This document shows positions 17,591 through 28,102 of a stretch of DNA of 64,000 nucleotides, piece after piece. The notes below the pieces were generated by a model. That model ran no database searches, was not told the origin of the DNA, and saw only the letters and a list, made by a program, of their open reading frames with translations. Every line of letters starts with the position of its first letter. The stretch's first letter is position 1. The position numbers and the translations under genes were made by a program. Location: positions 805-64,804 of the forward strand of contig JAGORN010000001.1 in the NCBI GenBank assembly GCA_018062805.1, read 5' to 3'. The DNA is from Candidatus Saccharimonadota bacterium (GTDB lineage Bacteria; Patescibacteriota; Saccharimonadia; Saccharimonadales; CAIOMD01).

Positions 17591-20182
17591 ATGAGTAATT
17601 TTGTTAAAAAATTGTTGGGTGATAATCAGAAAGCAACCATTCGACGTATCAAAAAAAGAGTTAATGAAATAAATAAACTCGAGTCAAAATATAAAAAAAT
17701 GTCCGACTCGGCTCTTGCTAAGCAAACCGAAGTTCTAAAAGATAGGCTTAAAAAAGAATCACTCGATAAAATTTTACCTGACGCTTTTGCGGTAATCAGA
17801 GAAGCGGCTTTCCGCCAGCTAGGTCAGCGTCATTTTGACGTCCAGCTGATTGGTGGAATAGTCCTGCATGAAGGTAATGTTGCAGAAATGAAAACCGGTG
17901 AAGGTAAAACTCTAGTTGCTACCGCACCAGTTTACTTGAATGCCCTAACTGGTAAGGGTGCTCATGTAGTAACGGTTAATGAGTATCTAGTACAACGTGA
18001 CGCTGGCTGGATGGGCCAGGTTTATCATTTTCTAGGGCTAACTACTGGGGTTATAATCCCAGATGCCAGCTACATTTATGACCCAGAATTTTTGAATGAC
18101 AATCATTTTGATGAACGCTTTAAGCACTTAAGGCCTTGTACTAGGCAAGAAGCTTATAACGCTGATATAACCTATGGAACAAATAATGAGTTCGGGTTTG
18201 ATTACCTGCGAGACAACATGGTTAGGGAGGTCGACCAACTTCGGCAACGCGAGCTCAACTACGCGATAGTCGATGAAGTTGACTCAATTCTGATAGATGA
18301 AGCTCGAACTCCTCTTATTATTAGCGCTCCAAGCACTGCTAGCGGGCAGGCATACACTCAGTTCGCTAAAATTGCCGCTCAACTTAAACCAGAACACTAT
18401 ACTCTTGACGAAAAACATAAACAGGTAGCTTTAACAGACGAAGGTGTCGACCAAGTCGAAAAACTACTTGGTATTAAAAACTTATATGCCGATGACAACA
18501 TCAGAACCATTTACCATCTCGACCAAGCCTTAAGAGCCCAAACTCTGTTTATTCGCGACAAAGATTACGTAGTAACGAGTGATGGCGAAGTAGTTATTGT
18601 CGATGAATTTACCGGTCGTTTGCTAGCTGGTAGGCGATACAACGAAGGGCTTCACCAGGCTATTGAAGCTAAAGAAAGCGTACCGGTTCAGGAAGAGTCA
18701 ATGACTCTAGCGACCATTTCATTCCAGAACTACTTTCGTTTGTATGAAAAACTAGCCGGCATGACTGGTACTGCTCTAACAGAGAGCGAAGAGTTCCACC
18801 AAATATACAAGCTCGATGTTATTGAAATTCCGACCAACAAACCAATAAAAAGGCAAGATCTACCAGACCGAATATATAAGACAAAAGAAGCTAAAGTTCA
18901 AGCAATTGTCAAACACATTAAAGAGCTCAATGAAAAAGGCCAGCCAGTGCTAATAGGTACCGTTTCCATTGAAAATAATGAAGAAATCGGTTCTGCGCTC
19001 AATAAAGCAGGCATAAAACATGAAGTCTTAAACGCTAAAAACAATGAAAAAGAAGCTTCAATTATTGCTAAAGCCGGTCAAAAAGGGGCTGTTACCTTAG
19101 CAACTAATATTGCAGGTCGTGGTACTGACATTGTCCTAACCGAAGAAACTAAAAAACTCGGCGGTTTGTTTGTACTTGGTAGTGAAAGGCACGAATCGAG
19201 ACGAATTGACAACCAGTTAAGAGGTCGTTCTGGCCGTCAGGGTGACCCGGGCATCACTCAGTTTTACGTTAGTACCGAAGACGATTTGATGCGTATTTTT
19301 GGTGGCGACCGGATTAGAGGTCTAATGGACAGACTAAAAGTAGATGCCGATATGCCACTTGAGAACAGAGTGGTCAGCAAGAGTCTAGAAGGTGCTCAGA
19401 AAAAAGTTGAGGGCTTTAACTTTGACGCTCGTAAAAATGTCGTTAAATATGACGATGTCATGAACCGTCATCGTAAGGTTACTTATGAAACAAGGCGAGC
19501 TCTGCTAGAAAATGCCAATATTGAAGAAAGAATTAAAAAGTTTATCGAAGAAGAAGCCAAAGTTTTATCGTCATTGCCAGGTAATGATGAAAACTATGAA
19601 CAACTAATAACCGAGGTATTTCCGTTCGATGAACCAACCTTAGACCGCTTGTTTGATGCGCCCGCCGACAAATTTGAAAAAGTCCTCGCTCAAGAAGCTA
19701 TGGAACTTTATCAGGCTAGGGAAATGGCTTTCACACCAGAAATTATGCGCATGATCGAGCGCGACGTATACTTTCAAATACTAGACAATTCCTGGATGCA
19801 ACACCTTGAAAGCATGAACCATTTGCGAGAAGGTATCCACTGGGCTAGTGTTGGTCAGCGTGACCCACTAGTTGAATATCGTCGCCGTTCTCAGGCCATG
19901 TTTGAAGAAATGCAACATCAGCTAAGACGAGAAGTCCTAAGAAATCTATACCATGCCGTGCCTTTAGCCCAAGAGCCAAACAACCTTACAATGACCGAAA
20001 CTGAACTAACCAGGGCAGCTAAAAGCTCCGTCGACAATGCCGACCAAATAACCGAAGCTGAACTACTTTCAGAAGAGGACTTTGTAATTAATAAGCCAAA
20101 AAAGCAAGCTGGCGCTAGCTCAAAAAAGAAAAAACAAGCTCGGAAAGCAGAAAGAAAAAACAAGAAAAAGGGTAGGCGCTAG
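17591..20182 (+). CDS. secA: preprotein translocase ATPase SecA
   Basis: MKTGEGKTLVAT (Walker A), DEVDSILIDEARTPLIIS, TNIAGRGTDI and RIDNQLRGRSGRQGDPG. The C-terminus is a Lys-rich tail and has no Cys zinc-finger motif. Confidence 0.97.
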   Translation: MSNFVKKLLGDNQKATIRRIKKRVNEINKLESKYKKMSDSALAKQTEVLKDRLKKESLDKILPDAFAVIREAAFRQLGQRHFDVQLIGGIVLHEGNVAEMKTGEGKTLVATAPVYLNALTGKGAHVVTVNEYLVQRDAGWMGQVYHFLGLTTGVIIPDASYIYDPEFLNDNHFDERFKHLRPCTRQEAYNADITYGTNNEFGFDYLRDNMVREVDQLRQRELNYAIVDEVDSILIDEARTPLIISAPSTASGQAYTQFAKIAAQLKPEHYTLDEKHKQVALTDEGVDQVEKLLGIKNLYADDNIRTIYHLDQALRAQTLFIRDKDYVVTSDGEVVIVDEFTGRLLAGRRYNEGLHQAIEAKESVPVQEESMTLATISFQNYFRLYEKLAGMTGTALTESEEFHQIYKLDVIEIPTNKPIKRQDLPDRIYKTKEAKVQAIVKHIKELNEKGQPVLIGTVSIENNEEIGSALNKAGIKHEVLNAKNNEKEASIIAKAGQKGAVTLATNIAGRGTDIVLTEETKKLGGLFVLGSERHESRRIDNQLRGRSGRQGDPGITQFYVSTEDDLMRIFGGDRIRGLMDRLKVDADMPLENRVVSKSLEGAQKKVEGFNFDARKNVVKYDDVMNRHRKVTYETRRALLENANIEERIKKFIEEEAKVLSSLPGNDENYEQLITEVFPFDEPTLDRLFDAPADKFEKVLAQEAMELYQAREMAFTPEIMRMIERDVYFQILDNSWMQHLESMNHLREGIHWASVGQRDPLVEYRRRSQAMFEEMQHQLRREVLRNLYHAVPLAQEPNNLTMTETELTRAAKSSVDNADQITEAELLSEEDFVINKPKKQAGASSKKKKQARKAERKNKKKGRR

Positions 20183-20188
20183 AACTTC

Positions 20189-21478
20189 ATGCAGCATTGG
20201 GTAGAAGAAGTTAAACTATCTAACGGCGTTGAAGGTCTGCTGATAGATGCTCCGTCAACAAATGTTACTTACATGGACATTGCTTTTAGGGCGGGTTATT
20301 ATTTGTCGCCAGAGGGTAAAATGGACACTGCTCATGTTATGGAGCACTTAGCACTTGGCGCAAATAGATTATTCAAAAAAGCTAGCAATTTCAGCCAAGA
20401 ATTCACCAAGCACGGAGCCTACAACAACGCTTATACAGGCGATTACCACATGGGCTACATTGCCGAATGTGCCGAATTTGAAACAACTAGAATTTTAGAC
20501 CTAATGTGTGTAGCCATTGAATCACCTCTGTTTCTAGAAAAAGATTTCAAGTCGGAAGTAGCCAATGTCCGTGAAGAACTTAAAATGCGAAAAAACTATC
20601 ACGATGTTGAGCTTATGCTAGAGCTTGAAGATGCGCTTGGTTTTGTATCCAAAAGTTATACAACTAGAACTAAGCAGTTATCTAAAATAACTTTAGACGA
20701 TATCAAAAATCATTATCAAACAACTCATTTTTCATCTAACATGAGATTTATTATTGCTGGTCCGCTAGCTAGACATAAAAAAGCAATCATCGACCGTCTT
20801 GAAAACATCGAGCTAAATAAGGGTGACAAGCGAATAGATTTGCCAATTGAAAAGCCGCGCAAGCTCGAAAAGCCGCTCGATATCAAACTAGACGGCCTGG
20901 ACAACGTTTATTATCGTTGGAACTCAGTTTTTAATGGTTTGCTAGATAGGCATGAAAAATATAGCCTGTATGCCGTCCAAGATTATTTGTTTTCGACTTT
21001 TCATTCTAAAGTATTTGGTAAGGCGCGGGAGCGTGGTTTAGTTTACGGCATTGACGGCAGTTACTATCGGTCAAAAAGTAATCATATTTGGGCTGTCACC
21101 GGCCAAGTGCAATCGAACAATTTAGTACCACTTTTCAAGCTAATCACCAAAGAATTGTCCAATATTCAAAAAGGTAAAGTAACTAAAAGCGAGCTAGATG
21201 GAGTCAAGGCATACGAGTGGGGTAGTTTCCAAAAATCTCTACAAACTGTCAGCGCACTGGCCGATTGGTACCAGTACGCATATTTAGTGGGCGATATTAT
21301 TAAGGAATACCCAGCTGTAGAAGAACAAATTTTTTCCGTTAAACCAACTGACATGAAAAAAGTTGTCAATAAAATGCTCGAGTCGCAGGCTTGGGGCATT
21401 GGCTTCATGAGGCAGACGAAAGACAAATCGCCAATTGATCTTGTTTATGAGCAACTAACAAATCATTACCTAGGCTAA
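20189..21478 (+). CDS. M16-family (pitrilysin/insulinase-like) zinc peptidase
   Basis: HVMEHL inverted zinc motif (HxxEH) near the N-terminus. The 429-aa size is typical of the family. Confidence 0.75.
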   Translation: MQHWVEEVKLSNGVEGLLIDAPSTNVTYMDIAFRAGYYLSPEGKMDTAHVMEHLALGANRLFKKASNFSQEFTKHGAYNNAYTGDYHMGYIAECAEFETTRILDLMCVAIESPLFLEKDFKSEVANVREELKMRKNYHDVELMLELEDALGFVSKSYTTRTKQLSKITLDDIKNHYQTTHFSSNMRFIIAGPLARHKKAIIDRLENIELNKGDKRIDLPIEKPRKLEKPLDIKLDGLDNVYYRWNSVFNGLLDRHEKYSLYAVQDYLFSTFHSKVFGKARERGLVYGIDGSYYRSKSNHIWAVTGQVQSNNLVPLFKLITKELSNIQKGKVTKSELDGVKAYEWGSFQKSLQTVSALADWYQYAYLVGDIIKEYPAVEEQIFSVKPTDMKKVVNKMLESQAWGIGFMRQTKDKSPIDLVYEQLTNHYLG

Positions 21479-21481
21479 ACT

Positions 21482-22573
21482 ATGCAAAATTTAAGCCAAC
21501 AACTAGTTAAGCTTCAGCAAGCTGTTGAAAAAGATACTCAAAAAATTGGACTAACAAAAATGATCAGCCAGCTAAAAAAGCTTGAACATGAGCAGACCGA
21601 ACCAAATTTCTGGTCAGATAATTTGAAAGCCCAAAAAATAACCAAACAAATTGCCAGGCTTCACTACCAAATAGACCCGTGGCAAGAAATTAATTTCGGT
21701 TTGCAAGAAGCAATTGAGCTAGCAAAAACAAACGACCCAAGTTTAGAAAATGAACTAACAAAAACCCTGAGCGAGCTCATAAAGCTCTACAATAAGCAAA
21801 AACAGAGTTTACTTTTTAGTGGAAAATACGATGACCATGCAGTTATCATGACAATATTTTCGGGCGCAGGTGGCACCGATGCTCAAGATTGGGCGGCTAT
21901 GCTACTTAGAATGTATTTGCGCTACTGCGAAAAAAACCAAGCTTTTTCTGCCACTGTTGTCGAAGAAGCGGCTGGAGATGAAGCAGGTCTCAAAAAAGCC
22001 ACTATAGAAATTGATGGCCCAATGGCTTATGGTCGCTTAAGAAGTGAGCACGGTGTTCACCGCTTAGTTCGGCTTAGTCCATTTAACGCCGACAATTTAA
22101 GACAAACAAGCTTTGCCAAAGTCGATATACTGCCTAAAATAGATGAACCAGAAGAGGCCATTATTGATCCAAAAGACTTAAAAATAGATGTCTTCAGGGC
22201 CGGTGGCCATGGTGGACAAAGCGTTAATACAACCGACAGCGCGGTTCGCATTACACACTTGCCAACCAATATTACCGTGTCTATCCAAAACGAACGGTCG
22301 CAGTTGCAAAATAAGGAGACTGCTATGACAATACTACGTTCTAAACTAGTTCAACTGCAACTTGAACAGCACCAAGAAAATATTACAGAGCTAAAAGGCC
22401 CTAACGAGCAAGCCGCTTGGGGTAACCAAATTCGCAACTACGTACTGCACCCATACAATATGGTCAAAGATACTCGGACTAAATACGAAACTAGTAATGT
22501 CCAAGATGTACTTGACGGGCAACTAGACGAATTCATAAAAGCATATTTAGAATCTACCTTAACTAAAGGCTAG
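21482..22573 (+). CDS. prfB: peptide chain release factor 2 (single uninterrupted ORF)
   Basis: SPFNADNLRQTSFA (SPF tripeptide region) and RAGGHGGQSVNTTDSAVRITH (GGQ). Confidence 0.93.
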   Translation: MQNLSQQLVKLQQAVEKDTQKIGLTKMISQLKKLEHEQTEPNFWSDNLKAQKITKQIARLHYQIDPWQEINFGLQEAIELAKTNDPSLENELTKTLSELIKLYNKQKQSLLFSGKYDDHAVIMTIFSGAGGTDAQDWAAMLLRMYLRYCEKNQAFSATVVEEAAGDEAGLKKATIEIDGPMAYGRLRSEHGVHRLVRLSPFNADNLRQTSFAKVDILPKIDEPEEAIIDPKDLKIDVFRAGGHGGQSVNTTDSAVRITHLPTNITVSIQNERSQLQNKETAMTILRSKLVQLQLEQHQENITELKGPNEQAAWGNQIRNYVLHPYNMVKDTRTKYETSNVQDVLDGQLDEFIKAYLESTLTKG

Positions 22574-22644
22574 TAGCATTAGGCAAGAACGTCTTTCGAG
22601 TTTTTAGGTTAAAAGGGTGGGTAGTAAATTGAGTATCATAAAAG

Positions 22645-22935
22645 TTAACTTTTCTTAGCAATATACTCACCAAGACGTTGTTCGGCTAAGCTACGTAGCG
22701 TTCGAGCTCCTTCAACACCTCTATGCAAAGAATCTGTCATTTCTGGGTCTTTAATGTTACTACGCTTTAGGGCATAGTCAAACTCTTCTTTTACTTCCAT
22801 ATTGGCTTCAGCTAAATCTTGTTCTAGTCTGTCTAGCGTCGCTTGCTCGTCACTAGTTAGTGGTGGGGCTGGAGCTTGTTTATCGGCCGATGGCTGAGGT
22901 TGTGATGTTCCTTTTAAGGCTTCGAGGATACTCAT
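22645..22935 (-). CDS. hypothetical protein
   Basis: 96-aa acidic ORF on the minus strand. I recognise no motif. Confidence 0.45.
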   Translation of the reverse strand: MSILEALKGTSQPQPSADKQAPAPPLTSDEQATLDRLEQDLAEANMEVKEEFDYALKRSNIKDPEMTDSLHRGVEGARTLRSLAEQRLGEYIAKKS

Positions 22936-23114
22936 TTATTTTTTCCTTTATCATTTTTCTTTTATGAAATTGTTAATATATATTACTACAATAATGTTAT
23001 AAAGTCAATGTTAGTGTATAAATTTATAAAGTTAGGGCTCGAATATAAATCTATATTTTCACTAATTTGGATTTAAAATATATAATAGTTATATAAAAAG
23101 GTAAATTTTGTAGT

Positions 23115-23327
23115 ATGGAATTACAACCAACCGCACCAGAGCGTGACAATCTGACTCTAGCAATTGAACTAGTAAGTACATATAGAGAAATGTTAGAACA
23201 ACCGCTAGATGAAAACGAAACAGCAGAGACTAGGCAACTGAGGGCTGGTAAATTTTATGATGAAAATATCGCTAACGCAGGTTTAGATGACGAGCTAACT
23301 CGGGCTTTTTCTACAGTTTGGGGCTAG
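23115..23327 (+). CDS. hypothetical protein
   Basis: 70-aa acidic ORF. I recognise no motif. Confidence 0.4.
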   Translation: MELQPTAPERDNLTLAIELVSTYREMLEQPLDENETAETRQLRAGKFYDENIANAGLDDELTRAFSTVWG

Positions 23328-23400
23328 CTTAAGCCGCTGACAGCTCGCATATTTGTTGATTTTTGAGTAACAGCTCAATTTTGTTATAATCATAAGAACG

Positions 23401-24081
23401 ATGATATTACTTGACCGCGTCACAAAAACCTATAATAAAAGAGGTAGTGCACTTAAGAGCATCAACCTGCATGTCGAGCCGAAAGAGTTTGTGGTTATTG
23501 TTGGGCAGAGCGGAGCAGGTAAATCGACTCTATTAAAACTGTTAACCCGTGAGGAAAAGCCATCTTCTGGCAAAATTATTGTCGGCGGCATTGACTATTC
23601 GACCTTAAAAGACCGTAAAATTCCATACTTAAGACGTAAAATTGGTGTAGTCTTCCAGGACTTTAAATTGCTACCCAATAAAACAGTTTTCGAAAATGTA
23701 GCTTTTGCACTTGAAATTGTTGGCATGAGTAATAAAGAAATCCAGCACACAATTCCTAAAGTTTTAGAAATTGTCGGCTTAAGTGGCAAAGAAAAAAGTT
23801 ACCCTGGTGAGCTTTCGGGTGGGGAAAGGCAACGGGTGGCTATCGCGCGAGCCGTTGTTAGACAGCCTAAAATTCTAATTGCCGACGAGCCAACCGGAAA
23901 CCTTGACCCAAAACACGCCTGGGACGTTATTGCTGTACTGGAAAAAATTAACCGTTATGGTACCACTGTACTTTTAACCACTCATAACCAAGAAATTGTC
24001 CAAAAACTAAGAAGGAGAGTGGTTACTATTCAAGATGGCCAAATAGTTAGCGATAAAGCTGGTGGAAGGTACAGAAGATGA
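23401..24081 (+). CDS. ftsE: cell division ABC transporter ATP-binding protein FtsE
   Basis: GQSGAGKST (Walker A), LSGGERQRVAIARA (signature) and ILIADEPTGNLD (Walker B). Followed by ftsX with an ATGA overlap. Confidence 0.93.
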   Translation: MILLDRVTKTYNKRGSALKSINLHVEPKEFVVIVGQSGAGKSTLLKLLTREEKPSSGKIIVGGIDYSTLKDRKIPYLRRKIGVVFQDFKLLPNKTVFENVAFALEIVGMSNKEIQHTIPKVLEIVGLSGKEKSYPGELSGGERQRVAIARAVVRQPKILIADEPTGNLDPKHAWDVIAVLEKINRYGTTVLLTTHNQEIVQKLRRRVVTIQDGQIVSDKAGGRYRR

Positions 24082-25001
24082 AGCGTAAGCTAATTACTCT
24101 CCGCCGTATACTTATTGCTGGTGTTAAGAATTTTGTCCGTAATAGTTGGCTAAGTATTGCCGCTATTGCTGTTATGGTGGTTTCTATAATAATTATTTTG
24201 TCATCTATAGTTATGAACGTGGCTACTCAAAACACAATTTCTGAGTTGTCTAAAAACATAAAAGTTGCAGTCTATTTCTTGCCAGAAACTGAAGAAGATC
24301 AAATTTTTCAGCTAAAAAAAGAGTTTGAGTCAGACTCTAGGGTAGCTGAGGTAACTTATATATCTAGCGAAAAAGCCCAAAACGATTTTATTGAAACTAA
24401 CAAAACCGATCAACAGTTACTACAAGGTTTGGCGCTAATTGGTGGCAATAGTTTGCCGGCTTCTTTGGAGGTTAGCGTTAGTGACCTAAGTCTTATTAAT
24501 TCGGTCGCCGATATCGCTAGACAGGATAAATACAAAGACTACATTGAGGACTTAAACGTTGGTAAACAAGATGTCCAGCGAACAATAAATGACGCCGCCA
24601 ATGCTCAACGTTTCATCACCAGGGCTAGTATTATTGCTGCTTCAATTTTTGTTGGCGTCAGCATCCTTATTATTTTCAACACCATTCGAATGGCCATATT
24701 TACCAGGCAAGAAGAGATACGAACCGAAAAACTACTCGGAGCAACACGTAATTACATTAAGGGTCCATTCTTGGTAGAGAGCGCAATATATGGCATTGTT
24801 TCTGGCATCATTGGCTCGTCTATAGTACTAGCAACGGTTCGGGTAATTACACATAGTGATTTCTCCTATACCCGAGATTTCTTCACTGACCCTAAAATTA
24901 TGGCCCTCTGCATCCTCGGCTCGGTTCTTTTTGGTATGATTGTCGGCTATATTTCAAGCTCACTGGCCATAAGTAAATATTTAAGACTAAGGCACTGGTA
25001 A
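24078..25001 (+). CDS. ftsX: cell division permease-like protein FtsX
   Basis: Four TM segments with a large first extracytoplasmic loop. Coupled to ftsE. Confidence 0.88.
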   Translation: MKRKLITLRRILIAGVKNFVRNSWLSIAAIAVMVVSIIIILSSIVMNVATQNTISELSKNIKVAVYFLPETEEDQIFQLKKEFESDSRVAEVTYISSEKAQNDFIETNKTDQQLLQGLALIGGNSLPASLEVSVSDLSLINSVADIARQDKYKDYIEDLNVGKQDVQRTINDAANAQRFITRASIIAASIFVGVSILIIFNTIRMAIFTRQEEIRTEKLLGATRNYIKGPFLVESAIYGIVSGIIGSSIVLATVRVITHSDFSYTRDFFTDPKIMALCILGSVLFGMIVGYISSSLAISKYLRLRHW

Positions 25002-25096
25002 CTAGATGACTTCGATAAGCCCATGTCACGGGCTTGAACCATAAGCGTATTAATGCTATAATGAGGGGGTAAAAAATTAAGCTGCGAAACAAATCA

Positions 25097-26254
25097 ATGC
25101 CAAAAAACAAAAAAATCGGACAAAAAATTGCATTAACCACAGTAGCTGGCGTTTTAGCTTTAACTGTTGCTGTAGCGCCGATATTTTCTTTTAATAACAA
25201 GGACGCTAAAGCAGTTTCGCTTGCAGAGCTAAGGCAACAGGCAAGTTCGCTGAGCGCTCAAATATCTCAAAATAACCAAGCGGCAGCCGAACTGGCCGCT
25301 CAAGGCGAGACCTTGAAAGCGCGGATTGCTGAATTCGACTCTCAAATTAATCAGACCGATATTCAAATTAGGTTAGTGCAGAATAAATTGGCTCAGCTTG
25401 AAATTGAACTTCAAAACGCTCAAAAAGAATTAGATCGCCAAAAAGTACTGTTAAAAGCATCTATTAAAGAGCTTTATAAAAAAGACGATGCTTCGTCTGT
25501 TGAGTTACTAGTTAGTGTTAGTAATTTCAATGAGTATTTCAATAATAAAGCATATTTAAATAAGCTTAAGTCAAGCATTCAAGAGTCTACCGAAAAGGTC
25601 ATAGCTCTAAAGCAACAAATTGAAGGTCAGCGCAATGAACAGGCTAAACTTCTTAAGCAAGAACAAGAGTCTAGAGCTATTTTAGCTCAGGCTCGAGCCG
25701 AGAAAGATCAGCTTTTAGCCGATACCCAAGGCCAGGAAGCTAACTATCGTAACCAAGCAAATTCACTCAGGCAGCAACAAAATCAAGTCATGGCTGCTAT
25801 TGCCGAAAGAATGGCAGCTAGTGGTGTATCAATCATTTCTGGTTCAGGTAATGGTGGCTATCCAGCTAAATGGGCCAACGCCGACTATAACAATCCACCA
25901 ATAGATTCTTGGGGCATGTATGCCCGTCAATGTGTTAGTTACACCGCTTTTAAAGTTTGGCAGTCTGGTAGGCACATGCCTTACTGGGGTGGCCGAGGTA
26001 ATGCTAACCAATGGCCAGGTAATGCTCGAGCCGCCGGTTACGAAGTCGACCGCGACCCACGCCCAGGCGACGTAGCAATCACTTATAATGGAGTTTATGG
26101 CCACGCCATGTATGTCGAGGCCGTCAACGGTCGAACAGTAACGGTTAGCCAGTACAACTACATTGTCAATGGACAATGGGGCCAATATAGCGAAATGACC
26201 TTGTCGGCCGATAATTCGGCACTAGGCCCAATGACCTTCATTACATTTCCGTAA
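25097..26254 (+). CDS. secreted peptidoglycan hydrolase: coiled-coil N-terminal domain plus C-terminal CHAP domain (PcsB-like)
   Basis: Signal/anchor segment, then about 200 aa of Q/A/L/E-rich heptad-like sequence, then CHAP (ARQCVSYTAFKV catalytic Cys, GHAMYVEAV His). It lies immediately downstream of ftsEX. Confidence 0.8.
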   Translation: MPKNKKIGQKIALTTVAGVLALTVAVAPIFSFNNKDAKAVSLAELRQQASSLSAQISQNNQAAAELAAQGETLKARIAEFDSQINQTDIQIRLVQNKLAQLEIELQNAQKELDRQKVLLKASIKELYKKDDASSVELLVSVSNFNEYFNNKAYLNKLKSSIQESTEKVIALKQQIEGQRNEQAKLLKQEQESRAILAQARAEKDQLLADTQGQEANYRNQANSLRQQQNQVMAAIAERMAASGVSIISGSGNGGYPAKWANADYNNPPIDSWGMYARQCVSYTAFKVWQSGRHMPYWGGRGNANQWPGNARAAGYEVDRDPRPGDVAITYNGVYGHAMYVEAVNGRTVTVSQYNYIVNGQWGQYSEMTLSADNSALGPMTFITFP

Positions 26255-26308
26255 TTTTCAACTCTTTTTAAGGCGCAAATAACTATTGTTATGTTAAACT
26301 AGAGCGGT

Positions 26309-27541
26309 ATGAATAATTTTGGGGATTTTCAGAAAACTTCGCCTGTAAAAAAGAAAAAATGGCCGTGGATAATTGGTGGTTTCACCTCTATTTTAGTTGC
26401 TTTTGGGCTTTTTTATTTTGGTATTTTAGTTGGCAGTGGACAAGTCAGCCTTAGCTTCAACCGTGGATCTATTCAAGCTAATCAAGATTTACCTAACAGG
26501 CTTAACTATGACAGCGTTAATGAAGTTTATCGGACATTGAAGCAAAAATACGACGGTAAACTAGATGAAGAAAAATTGATACTAGGTCTTAAAAAAGGAT
26601 TAGTTGAGGCAGCTGGCGACCCTCATACAACCTTCTTAGACGCCGAGCAAGCAGCCGATTTAGAAGAATCGCTGAACGGATCCTTTAGCGGTATTGGTGC
26701 AGAGCTAGGAAAAGACAACGAATACATTACCGTGGTTGCTCCTATAGCTGGTTCGCCAGCCGAAAAAGCCGGGCTGAGACCAAAAGATATTATTGTCACT
26801 ATTGACGACAAAGATGCAGTTGGCATGCCTGTAGATGAAGCTGTTAATAAAATACGAGGTCCTGAGGGCACAAAAGTTAAACTTGGCGTTGTTCGCGGTC
26901 AAGAAAAGTTAACTTTTGACATCGTAAGAGAAACTATTACTATCGCTAGTGTTGAATCTAAGGTACTAGACGGTAACATTGGTTACATTAAAATATCTCG
27001 TTTCGCCGATGATACCAGTAAGTTAACTACCGAGGCAGCTAATGATTTTAAATCTAAGAATGTCAGCCAAGTTGTTTTAGATGTCCGCAGTAACCCGGGG
27101 GGCTACTTAAATTCAGCGGTTGATGTATCTTGTTTGTGGCTTAAAAAAGGGCAGACTGTACTGGAAGAAAAACGAGGTGGGGTGGTCATAAAAGATTACA
27201 ATTGCCAACAAACAGGTGTCTTAAACGGTACAAAAACAGTAGTTCTCATTAACGAGGGTAGTGCTAGCGCTAGCGAAATTACCGCTGGAGCGTTAAAAGA
27301 TAATGGCGCAGCTACTATTATTGGCACCAAATCTTACGGCAAGGGCAGTGTCCAGGAAATGACTAATATGCCCGGGGGTAATATATTAAAGGTAACAGTA
27401 GCTCGTTGGTTTACACCTAATGGCAAGAATATTGACAAAGAAGGAATTATGCCCGATAAAAATGTCGAGCTGACCGATGAAAATATTAAAAATCAACAAG
27501 ACCCACAGCTCGACGAGGCAATAATATTACTAAAACAGTAA
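26309..27541 (+). CDS. carboxy-terminal processing protease, S41 family, with PDZ domain
   Basis: FSGIGAEL, PDZ (GSPAEKAGLRPKDIIVTID), GSASASEITAGALKD (Ser) and SYGKGSVQ (Lys). Confidence 0.9.
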   Translation: MNNFGDFQKTSPVKKKKWPWIIGGFTSILVAFGLFYFGILVGSGQVSLSFNRGSIQANQDLPNRLNYDSVNEVYRTLKQKYDGKLDEEKLILGLKKGLVEAAGDPHTTFLDAEQAADLEESLNGSFSGIGAELGKDNEYITVVAPIAGSPAEKAGLRPKDIIVTIDDKDAVGMPVDEAVNKIRGPEGTKVKLGVVRGQEKLTFDIVRETITIASVESKVLDGNIGYIKISRFADDTSKLTTEAANDFKSKNVSQVVLDVRSNPGGYLNSAVDVSCLWLKKGQTVLEEKRGGVVIKDYNCQQTGVLNGTKTVVLINEGSASASEITAGALKDNGAATIIGTKSYGKGSVQEMTNMPGGNILKVTVARWFTPNGKNIDKEGIMPDKNVELTDENIKNQQDPQLDEAIILLKQ

Positions 27542-27606
27542 TTAATGTTAGTAAATACAGTCATAAAACTTGCTTTTTAGTAGTCAAATAGACTAACATA
27601 AAGCTT

Positions 27607-27999
27607 ATGGAAAACGAAAATCAACAATTGAAGAAAATATTACTTGTAGAAGATGACGATGCTTTAGCGGCCGTCTATGAAACTAGGTTAGACGCCGAAG
27701 GTTTCAAAGTTAAGAGGGTGGCTAACGGTGAAGAAGCACTAGCGGCAGCTTTAGAATTTAAACCAGACTTAATACTGCTAGATGTAATGATGCCTAAAGT
27801 GAGTGGTTTCGATGTACTCGACATACTCAGAAATACACCTGAAACCACAAATGTTCGAATTATTATGCTTACGGCACTAAGCCAGGACGCTGACAAAGAG
27901 CGTGCCCACAGCCTAGGTGTAGATGACTACCTAGTAAAAAGCCAAGTCGTCATTGCCGATGTTGTCGAACGTATCAAGCACCATTTAGGCATTAACTAG
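27607..27999 (+). CDS. single-domain response regulator (canonical CheY-like receiver)
   Basis: ILLVEDDD, PDLILLDVMMP (phospho-acceptor Asp), IIMLTA and DDYLVKS. Confidence 0.88.
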   Translation: MENENQQLKKILLVEDDDALAAVYETRLDAEGFKVKRVANGEEALAAALEFKPDLILLDVMMPKVSGFDVLDILRNTPETTNVRIIMLTALSQDADKERAHSLGVDDYLVKSQVVIADVVERIKHHLGIN

Positions 28000-28102
28000 C
28001 AACAATTTGAACAACTTTATAAAGTTAGCAAAAAGCTCGTTTTAAGCTACAATCTGCTAGCATGTTATTGACAAATATAAAATATGTGTCAAAATATTGT
28101 TA

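Noticed and set aside
21482-22573. Programmed +1 frameshift in prfB
   Set aside because: RF2 is encoded by one uninterrupted 363-codon ORF starting at ATG 21482. There is no early in-frame TGA or CTT-TGA-C slippery site.
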